NCBI GenBank assembly: GCA_019429005.1 | Contig: JAHYJR010000003.1 | Location: 32,001-96,000, forward strand | DNA from: Nanobdellati archaeon | GTDB lineage: Archaea > EX4484-52 > GLR71 | DNA length: 64,000 nucleotides | Direction of reading: 5' to 3' | Part shown: piece after piece, positions 32,396 through 40,586 of the stretch | Numbering within the stretch: position 1 is the first letter of the stretch | Layout of the letters: every line of letters starts with the position of its first letter | Notes under the pieces: generated by a model | Databases searched by the model: none | Told to the model about the DNA's origin: nothing | What the model saw: the letters and a program-made list of their open reading frames with translations, nothing else | Made by a program: the position numbers and the translations under genes

Positions 32396-32413
32396 TATAT
32401 ATATACCTTTCTC
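32396..32413 (-). promoter_or_regulatory. BRE-TATA promoter of the S-layer gene
   Basis: Minus strand GAGAAAGG-TATATATATA, a purine-rich BRE followed by a TATA box. Confidence 0.7.
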
Positions 32414-32744
32414 GAAACAGTTCCAACACTATAAACAACCATTTTGAAAAACACTTTAAATTAAAAAAGAAGGTCAATTTAAACGTTTAAATGTTCCAAT
32501 GAGAATAATTAATGTTTAAATTAGTTATAAAAGACTTTTGAAGAGTTTAAAATTTTTAACAAAAAAACAGACCAATTTAAACACCATTTTAGATAGGTCT
32601 AATAAACAACAGAAAAATCCTAAAAGACTCACAATTTTAACCAGACTAAACCCTAAAATACCTGAAAACTTACAAAAATCAAGATAAATAAACCAAAAAA
32701 AAAACACAAAATAAAACAAAAAATCTGATAAAACAAAAATAATT

Positions 32745-32852
32745 CCATAAAATAACCTAAAAATCACCATAAAATAACCTAAAAAGCACCATAAAATAAC
32801 CTAAAAAGCACCATAAAATGACCTAAAAAGCACCATAAAATAACCTAAAAAA
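32745..32852. repeat. 22-bp tandem repeat x5 (CCATAAAATAACCTAAAAAGCA)
   Basis: Units start at 32745, 32767, 32789, 32811 and 32833, with few mismatches. Confidence 0.97.
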
Positions 32853-32954
32853 ACCACTATATAACACAAAACAGCCCTTAACTAAAAACATAAAAATCAA
32901 ACCCATAACTAACACAACAAACACATATATATCACATAAATACAAATAGTAAAT

Positions 32955-34742
32955 ATGACAGTAGAAACAAAAAAGACAATACTCCTTATAAAAGAAAGTC
33001 TATATATGAAAAAATGCACACACACAGACAAACTTACGACAACATTAAATATAGACAACAAAAAGATTGCAAAATACACTATAAAACTCAATAAAAAAGA
33101 CATAAAAAACAAACATATCAAAGAATGTTTGCCTGAAGAATACAAAATTACTTTAAAATTCGACATAAATGACATAAAAATAGATGAAATAAACACAATA
33201 GAACAAGATTATTTTATTTCAACAATACAAATCAATAATAAAAATGAGAACAACATAAACATATTATGTGAATCAGATAAGCATATTAAAAAAATAGAAC
33301 TCAATAAAGTTAGAAATTGTATAATCTTCCATTTAGAAAAGGGTGCAGCCATCCTAGGTTACATTTCAAAAGATATAGAAATGACTAAAAAAGAAAATTC
33401 AATTGATACAACAACAAACAATAATGAAATCAAGCTTATATTCACATTCTCAAAAAAAAATGTATTGTCTGCACTAGATAAATATGATACAATCAACCGA
33501 AACATAGCCCTAAACACAAAAGAATACCAACAAATTGATAACGAAACCGAAGATTTAACAACAAACAAAGAGATAAATGAAGCCTTCAAATGGTCTTCCA
33601 TACACCTTAAAAATATAGATCCGAACAACATACCAGAAACCCGAAAAATGACTTCAGAAGAAAAATTATATTATACACTTGGTGCAAACAGTATTGGAGA
33701 AACTAAAAAAGCAGAACTTATTTTTGAAGAAATATCAAAAAACATAGAAACACTAACTGAAAAAACATATCCATTATTCATCTTTACATTAGAAAACCAC
33801 ATAAATCATATAAATGACAGAATAACAAGAGAGCATTTAGAAAAAAGATTCAAAAACACAATTGATTATTGTATCACACAATACAAAATATACAAACATA
33901 AACAAAAAAATGATATAGAACTTGACGCATTATGGCTTTTAGCCTTAGATACAACAGACAAAAAAGAAGCAAGGAATATATTACACACAATAGAATCCAA
34001 ATGTAATACAGATGATATCACAATAAAACACATACTACCTCTTTTTAGCGGAAAAATTACAAAACTAAATGCAAATAACATAATCAAAATAATAAAACAA
34101 GAATTTATGACCTCTTATGGTATAAGAACAAGAAGCTGCCTTAATCCAAAATACAAACCCTCAATAGAACAAGAAGGCGCAATATCATTAATAAAAACTG
34201 CATTATTCACAATAGGTGTACTTCAATATGATATTGATGAAGGCCATGCAATGCTAAAAAACCTATCAAAACTAATGGGAACACACACAATAGGGCACTT
34301 TCAGAAAACATTAAATGCTGCAGATGGATCACAAATAAAAACAAGTCAAAATGACATATCGCTTGAAACGACAGCATTAATTATTTATGCAATTGACACA
34401 TATCTTGCAGGAATAAAACCTAAATTATCATCAAATAGGATATTTATAAGACCTAAAATATCACGAAACCTGAATGATATAATGCGTAATGACAAACAAA
34501 TTGGAACAAATAAAATGCACACATACATAAAATGGAACGATACAGAAGATAAAGACCTTATAAGCATGAATATAATATTTGAAAACAGACCAAACAACAA
34601 AGGAATAATTGAATTACCAGGTGAATTTAAAACATTTATAATAAATGGAAAAGAAACTGTTGGTCCAAAATGCGAATTTCGTATGAAACAGATCAACAAT
34701 ATATTAGCATTAAAAAATAAATCAATCAATATAAGTCGATAA
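32955..34742 (+). CDS. Degenerate glycogen-debranching/amylo-alpha-1,6-glucosidase-like (alpha/alpha)6 protein
   Basis: FMTSYGIRTRSCLNPKYKP...EGAISL, ELDALW and TYPLFI resemble GDE_C motifs. The WGRD and PE motifs are absent. Confidence 0.55.
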   Translation: MTVETKKTILLIKESLYMKKCTHTDKLTTTLNIDNKKIAKYTIKLNKKDIKNKHIKECLPEEYKITLKFDINDIKIDEINTIEQDYFISTIQINNKNENNINILCESDKHIKKIELNKVRNCIIFHLEKGAAILGYISKDIEMTKKENSIDTTTNNNEIKLIFTFSKKNVLSALDKYDTINRNIALNTKEYQQIDNETEDLTTNKEINEAFKWSSIHLKNIDPNNIPETRKMTSEEKLYYTLGANSIGETKKAELIFEEISKNIETLTEKTYPLFIFTLENHINHINDRITREHLEKRFKNTIDYCITQYKIYKHKQKNDIELDALWLLALDTTDKKEARNILHTIESKCNTDDITIKHILPLFSGKITKLNANNIIKIIKQEFMTSYGIRTRSCLNPKYKPSIEQEGAISLIKTALFTIGVLQYDIDEGHAMLKNLSKLMGTHTIGHFQKTLNAADGSQIKTSQNDISLETTALIIYAIDTYLAGIKPKLSSNRIFIRPKISRNLNDIMRNDKQIGTNKMHTYIKWNDTEDKDLISMNIIFENRPNNKGIIELPGEFKTFIINGKETVGPKCEFRMKQINNILALKNKSINISR

Positions 34743-35885
34743 TGCATTTTTCTTCTTCTTAATACCTAAAACTTTATCTCGTGCTTTAAGGAAATCATCT
34801 GTAAAAACATGTTTACGATTTTCACGTATAGCAAAATAGCCAGCCTCAACACACACAGACCTTATTTCAGCACCAGTAAATCCTTTAATGTTTTTAACAA
34901 TAATTTCAGAATCAACAGATTTGTCAAGAGTCATCTTTTTTGTGTGAATCTCAAATATAGCTTTACGACCGTCTTTATCTGGTTCAGGTATCAACAATAT
35001 ACGATCCAACCTACCCGGCCTTATAACTGCAGAATCCAATATATCAATCCTGTTTGTCGCACCGATAACCTTAACATTATCAAGCGATTTAAAACCATCA
35101 ATCTCAGCAAGAAGCTGCATAAAAGTCCTTTGAACCTCACGCTCACCTGAAGTACCAACTTCAATCCTCTTTGAAGCAATAGCATCAATTTCATCAATAA
35201 ATATTATTGCAGGTGCCTTATCTCTTGCAAGCTGAAATATAGATTTTACAAGTTTTGCACCCTGACCTATAAATTTCTGGACAAGTTCACTCCCAACAAT
35301 CTCAATAAATACAGCATTAGTACTATTTGCAACAGCTTTTGCAAGAAGAGTCTTACCAGTTCCAGGAGGACCATAAAGCAAAATACCTTTAGGTGGTTCA
35401 ATACCTACTTCCTTAAAAAGTTCAGGTTTTGTAAGTGGTAATTCTATAACTTCTTTAATCTCAATAATCTCCTGCTTAAGACCACCTATATTTTTCCAAG
35501 TTGTATTAGGTTTTTCAATTATTACAAACTCATTTACATCATAATTCTTTTTCAACCCAATTTTCTGGACAACTGAAAGTGATTTCTGATCAAGTAAAAC
35601 TTCATCACCAGGAACAAGCTTAGAATCAAGAGCCTTATCTACAAACACAGAAAACTCATTACCATTCTTCAAACGTACAATAACATTATCATAAGATAAC
35701 AGTTCAATAACTTCCCCTACTAACAAAGGCGGTATCTTATATCGCATAAGTTCAGCTTTAAGCTCTGCTATCTGAGTTTTTGCATGTATAAGTTTATCTT
35801 CATCACTACCTGAATCAGAAACAACATTATATTCTGGATTATCAGAAAAAACATCATCATCATAAAAAGAATCTTCATCTGCCAT
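34722..35885 (-). CDS. pan: Proteasome-activating nucleotidase
   Basis: Coiled coil plus OB domain, GIEPPKGILLYGPPGTGKT, Walker B IIFIDEID, SRH RPGRLDR and a C-terminal YID tail. Confidence 0.97.
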   Translation of the reverse strand: MADEDSFYDDDVFSDNPEYNVVSDSGSDEDKLIHAKTQIAELKAELMRYKIPPLLVGEVIELLSYDNVIVRLKNGNEFSVFVDKALDSKLVPGDEVLLDQKSLSVVQKIGLKKNYDVNEFVIIEKPNTTWKNIGGLKQEIIEIKEVIELPLTKPELFKEVGIEPPKGILLYGPPGTGKTLLAKAVANSTNAVFIEIVGSELVQKFIGQGAKLVKSIFQLARDKAPAIIFIDEIDAIASKRIEVGTSGEREVQRTFMQLLAEIDGFKSLDNVKVIGATNRIDILDSAVIRPGRLDRILLIPEPDKDGRKAIFEIHTKKMTLDKSVDSEIIVKNIKGFTGAEIRSVCVEAGYFAIRENRKHVFTDDFLKARDKVLGIKKKKNALSTYID

Positions 35886-35941
35886 AACATAATCTTGTAG
35901 TAAATACCTTTAAATATTTGATAAGAATCCACAATACAAAA

Positions 35942-36775
35942 TCAAATAAGAGGTCTCAAAACAGGATAATTCAGTTTAAAATCAATATCACTAAGCTCAA
36001 ATACAGATTCACTATTACACACAGCTTTACACCTATGTTCTTTTGCTAAGGTCTCAATCAAATCAACATCTAAAGTATCACCTTCAATAATTAGGATTTC
36101 AGGATCATATGTTTTCAAATAATCAATATCTAATTGAGAAATATTTGATGCCAATACAATAATCTTGCAACCCCTCTTCATGATAAGTCTTGCAGCTTCA
36201 ACACCCTCTTTTGAATCTATAAGTGCAATCACCGAACCTTCAACACTAATAGGAAGACCACCCACACACGAAAAGGTATCTAAAAATAAATAAGTCTTAT
36301 CACTTCTAATTTCTAGATTAAAAGAGACATCAGGTTTTGAAAGATTTACCTTATTTGTAAAAGTATCAACGATCCAAGAACCAATCTCAGCTGCAAATTC
36401 TTGACTTGTAAACTCATGCTTTCCAACACGTTTAACTCTAACTGCAAAAGTCTTATTTTTTGTTAATTGAATTTTCGCCAAATCCAAAACAGATTTTTTT
36501 AAAATAGCTTTATCCGTATCAACCACAATAACTTGAGATACCGAAACAAGACCAAAAACCTTTTGAATTATACCGATTGCAACTTTTGTATCACTATTTG
36601 GCACAGATACAAAAATACGATTACGATCATACCGTACTTTAAACTTAACCATCCCACGATACAGATTACCTTTAATATTTTTGACAAGCTGAATCAAAAA
36701 TTTGTTCTTAACCTGATCAGATTTAAGCCAAAGTTCACCGAATTTACAAAGCAATAGATTATCCATAAATACCAA
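35942..36775 (-). CDS. thiI: ThiI-like THUMP-domain protein with a degenerate PP-loop
   Basis: FGELWLKS, THUMP (TFAVRVKRVGKH...KVNLSKPD), GGLP and MKRGC are present. SGGIDS is replaced by IDSKEG and the C-terminus is shortened. Confidence 0.8.
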   Translation of the reverse strand: MVFMDNLLLCKFGELWLKSDQVKNKFLIQLVKNIKGNLYRGMVKFKVRYDRNRIFVSVPNSDTKVAIGIIQKVFGLVSVSQVIVVDTDKAILKKSVLDLAKIQLTKNKTFAVRVKRVGKHEFTSQEFAAEIGSWIVDTFTNKVNLSKPDVSFNLEIRSDKTYLFLDTFSCVGGLPISVEGSVIALIDSKEGVEAARLIMKRGCKIIVLASNISQLDIDYLKTYDPEILIIEGDTLDVDLIETLAKEHRCKAVCNSESVFELSDIDFKLNYPVLRPLI

Positions 36776-36855
36776 TCACAATAATTTATTAAAAGTTTGA
36801 TTTTAATAGACATTATAGAGTTAATTTAATAAAACTTACAGGAGATTATAAGAAA

Positions 36856-37845
36856 ATGATTACAATTGGTATTGAAGGAACTGCACACACCTTTGGAATT
36901 GGTATAATAGAAAAGAAAGGAAAAAAGTGTACAATTCTTTCAAGCATTAAAAAAACATATTTCCCAGACAAAGGTATACACCCACGAGAAGCTGCACAAC
37001 ACCATATAACCGTCGCAAAAGACATATATCTAGAGGCTCTCAAAAAAGCAGAAATAAAAGAAAAAGACATCGATCTTGTATCATTCTCAATGGGTCCTGG
37101 TCTTATGCCAAGCTTAAAAACAGCAGCTATCTTTGCAAGAACACTTTCACAGAAGCTTAAAAAACCAATCATAGGCGTAAATCACTGCGTAGCACACATT
37201 GAAATTGGAAAAATCTTGACAAACGCAAAAGACCCAATTGTAATATTTGTCTCAGGTGGAAATTCACAAATTATCGGATATTCTGGTGGAAGATACAGAA
37301 TATTTGGTGAAACCCTTGATATCGCGGTTGGAAATGCGATTGATAAATTTGCACGTATCGCAAAACTTGGAAACCCAGGTGGACCAAAACTAGATAAGGC
37401 TGCAATTGGTGGCAATTACATTAAAATGCCCTATTCTGTAAAAGGAATGGATTTCTCATTTTCAGGACTGCTCACTTCAGCCTCAACAAAAATAGACCAA
37501 AATAAAAATGAGCTCAAAGACATATGCTATTCATTCAGGCATAACTGTTTTGCAATGCTCACTGAAGTCGCCGAACGTGCATTATCACACACAGAAAAAT
37601 CTGAAATCTTAGTAGTAGGTGGTGTCGCTGCATCTGAAACTTTCAAAAACATGCTCAATATTATGTGCAAAGAGCGAGGTGCAAAAGCCTATGCAGTACC
37701 AACAGAATATTCCGGCGACAACGGTGCTATGATTGCATGGCAAGGTGCTTTAGAACACAGTGCGGGACGAGAACATAAGATTGAAGACACACATGTCACA
37801 CCCAAATGGCGCACAGACCAAGTTGAGATTGAATATATTAAATAA
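36856..37845 (+). CDS. kae1: tRNA t6A threonylcarbamoyltransferase Kae1 (KEOPS)
   Basis: GIEGTAHT, GIHPREAA, VNHCVAHIE, VSGGN, GETLDIAVGN, GGVAA, DNGAMIAW. Confidence 0.97.
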   Translation: MITIGIEGTAHTFGIGIIEKKGKKCTILSSIKKTYFPDKGIHPREAAQHHITVAKDIYLEALKKAEIKEKDIDLVSFSMGPGLMPSLKTAAIFARTLSQKLKKPIIGVNHCVAHIEIGKILTNAKDPIVIFVSGGNSQIIGYSGGRYRIFGETLDIAVGNAIDKFARIAKLGNPGGPKLDKAAIGGNYIKMPYSVKGMDFSFSGLLTSASTKIDQNKNELKDICYSFRHNCFAMLTEVAERALSHTEKSEILVVGGVAASETFKNMLNIMCKERGAKAYAVPTEYSGDNGAMIAWQGALEHSAGREHKIEDTHVTPKWRTDQVEIEYIK

Positions 37846-37890
37846 ACAAATCCACAAATCAAAACATTTCAAAATTAATTCAATAACAAA

Positions 37891-38862
37891 TCACAAATGC
37901 TTAATATAATCAAAAAAATCTGATATATTCACATCAATATTTAATTCTACAGCATCCACAATCCTAGAATCTAACGGTTTAGGTAAACAACCAGAATCAT
38001 AAAAATTATAATACCTACCTAAAACAGCGTCAATTTTTGACATATCACAATCATCAATAGAAAATGGAATTGTACACAATTTAAAATCCTTATAAGACAT
38101 ACCTTTCTGAAGACATTTATTCAAAAACAAACTTTCCATAGCAAGATTTGAGATATAATTATCAGACAATTCATGATAACCTCCCAATTCAGAAGATGTA
38201 TGATCAACACCAAAAAGACCATAACCACCATCAATCGTAGAAAATATATAATTTGCAGGATCAATCGAATCTTCAAATTTAACTATACCAATATTACAAT
38301 GTTTAAGAGAATATTGATTAAATCCTAACCACTCAACAACATTCAAGATAAAATCATCAACAAAATCAGTATCATAACTAAAGATTTCAAGAAATTTATT
38401 TAAAAAAGGTGTTAATCGCATTTCGCCATTTGTCTCAATAACATTACATGCAAGACCTTTAGAATCAATAGGATTATCATACAAATAATAACCACAAGGA
38501 TTATGAGGTGATACAACACCATAAGACTCATAAAATGTTTTAAGAACATCTGTCACCCTAAGTTCATTTAAAGCTTTTTCAGGACTTAATACACCAAAAA
38601 TAGAAGTACCTCTAAAATAAGTCCCATCATAAGGCCGACAACCTTTCAATTTATAAAAAGAATTACCATCAACACCCTCAACCAAAAACACCGAAGATCT
38701 ATAGCCTACAGAATATGCTTCTTGACCTCCAACATCACTCATTATCCATGGTGACTGCAATATTTCAGGCACATCAAAAGAACCAAAAGGAACAAAATAA
38801 CCATCAGTCTGCTTTAATTGTACTTTAGATTTACAATCTAAACTTATACCCATACAACACAA
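37891..38862 (-). CDS. Hypothetical protein, possible kinase-like fold
   Basis: 323-aa ORF with YKLKGC...ALNE, DPANY and GVDH, loosely like atypical kinase/SelO motifs. Confidence 0.6.
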   Translation of the reverse strand: MCCMGISLDCKSKVQLKQTDGYFVPFGSFDVPEILQSPWIMSDVGGQEAYSVGYRSSVFLVEGVDGNSFYKLKGCRPYDGTYFRGTSIFGVLSPEKALNELRVTDVLKTFYESYGVVSPHNPCGYYLYDNPIDSKGLACNVIETNGEMRLTPFLNKFLEIFSYDTDFVDDFILNVVEWLGFNQYSLKHCNIGIVKFEDSIDPANYIFSTIDGGYGLFGVDHTSSELGGYHELSDNYISNLAMESLFLNKCLQKGMSYKDFKLCTIPFSIDDCDMSKIDAVLGRYYNFYDSGCLPKPLDSRIVDAVELNIDVNISDFFDYIKHL

Positions 38863-38965
38863 TAGATAGAGTATAATTTTAAATAAGTTTTTAAAAACAA
38901 ATTAAAGCATCAAAAATATAAAGTAAGATAAATCACTAAAGATATTCTTACAATACAAAAAACAC

Positions 38966-40525
38966 TCAAACAAGATTCAACATCTTCTCAGCAGCCTCAA
39001 TCGCTGCAAGCGTCTGATCAGAATCAACACCAAGAGTCTTAAACCGTTTTCCGCCCAATTCCCAAATGATAGTTGTTTCAACAAGAGCATCGGTTTTTCC
39101 ACCAGGAGGTATTCTCACCTCATAATCAACAAGTACAGGTACTTGAAATTTAAGTTTAGGAGCAATCCCTTTAACACCATTCCAAAAAGCATCAAAACCA
39201 CCATCACCAATACCTTTAACATCCACTTCAATACCCTTATAATTCAACTTAAAACGTGCTTTCTGTTTTGAACCAGACCTAACAGAAATACAAACATCAG
39301 ATATTTTAGCATGAATCTCAAGTGGTGTACCTAAAACATCTGCGATAATATAAGGAAGATCGCTCGAAGTTATCTGTTTTTTCCCCATACCAAGCTCGAC
39401 CACACGCTCATACACACGTTTTTTATCACAATCAGAAAGACGAATTCCAAGCTTATCAAGATTCATCTCAACACTTGCCATACCACTCAATTTGCCAAGT
39501 GCATATGTACGCTCACGCCCAAATCTATCAGGTGTCAAAAGACTCATATACAGACCTTTTTTCTTATCGCCATCAGCATGAATCCCTGCAGTCTGAGTAA
39601 AAACATCATCACCAACAATAGGCTTATTTGACGCAATCCTTTTGCCCGAAAAAGTATTTACAAGCAGGCTCGCATTCAAAAGCTTAGATTCATCAATACC
39701 CGTAACATACAAACGACCATCAACACTACGACTATCCCGCAACACATCTTTAACCGAAACAACAACCTCATCAAGAGAAGTGTTTCCTGCCCGTTCACCA
39801 AAACCATTCACAGTCGTATGAACTCCAGAAACACCGTTCACAATCGCAGCTAAAGTGTTTGATACTGCAAGACCATAATCATTATGTGCATGAAAATCAA
39901 AATGAACCTTTGGATATTTCCTTACCAAATCAGATACAAAATCTGATACTTGCATAAAATTAAGCATACCAAGCGTATCAGCAAGCATAATACGTGAAAT
40001 CCCAGAATAAACTGAAAGATTATCTATAAGAAAATAAACATAATCTCTTGAATTAACCATACCTGAAGACCAATCTTCAAGATACACATTTACAACCATA
40101 CCTTTAGATACTGCATAATCAACTGTTTTTTTAATATCAGACACATGTCCTTCAGGCGTTTTCTTAAGCTGACCCTTAAGATGATTCAAAGAACTTTTAG
40201 CAAGAAGATTCATCACTTTACAACCCGCACCTGATATCCAATCAACAGATTTCACACCATCAACAAAACCTAGAACCTCAACTTTTTCAAGCATATTTTT
40301 AGACCTTGCAAAATCACATATAGCTCGTACAGATTCAACCTCTTCAGATGAAACTCTTGCACTCGCAACTTCAATCCTATCAAGCTTAAGATCACATAAA
40401 AGATATTGTGCGATTTCCAATTTTTCTTTAGAAGAATAACTTACAGAAGGTGTCTGCTCACCATCACGTAATGTAGTATCCATAAGTTCAATCTTAAACG
40501 AATCCATATATTTCAACCACATCAA
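38966..40525 (-). CDS. cimA: (R)-citramalate synthase / LeuA family, Leptospira-Bacteroidetes type
   Basis: DTTLRDGEQ, RIEVASARVS, EVLGFVDG, HAHNDYG, GERAGN, TQTAGIHADGD and regulatory domain DYEVRIPPGGKTDAL. Confidence 0.88.
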   Translation of the reverse strand: MMWLKYMDSFKIELMDTTLRDGEQTPSVSYSSKEKLEIAQYLLCDLKLDRIEVASARVSSEEVESVRAICDFARSKNMLEKVEVLGFVDGVKSVDWISGAGCKVMNLLAKSSLNHLKGQLKKTPEGHVSDIKKTVDYAVSKGMVVNVYLEDWSSGMVNSRDYVYFLIDNLSVYSGISRIMLADTLGMLNFMQVSDFVSDLVRKYPKVHFDFHAHNDYGLAVSNTLAAIVNGVSGVHTTVNGFGERAGNTSLDEVVVSVKDVLRDSRSVDGRLYVTGIDESKLLNASLLVNTFSGKRIASNKPIVGDDVFTQTAGIHADGDKKKGLYMSLLTPDRFGRERTYALGKLSGMASVEMNLDKLGIRLSDCDKKRVYERVVELGMGKKQITSSDLPYIIADVLGTPLEIHAKISDVCISVRSGSKQKARFKLNYKGIEVDVKGIGDGGFDAFWNGVKGIAPKLKFQVPVLVDYEVRIPPGGKTDALVETTIIWELGGKRFKTLGVDSDQTLAAIEAAEKMLNLV

Positions 40526-40586
40526 AAATAAAAATGATTATAAAACAACTTAATAAGTAAATTTTAAATAAATACCCAATAATCTA

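Noticed and set aside
32360-32860. Possible replication origin (three GTTCCAA motifs, AT-rich DNA, iteron-like repeats)
   Set aside because: No full ORB with a G-string, no adjacent orc1/cdc6, and no visible skew inversion.
32525-33196. Phe-rich minus-strand ORFs resembling membrane proteins
   Set aside because: Artefacts of A-rich + strand sequence and antisense to the 595-aa gene.
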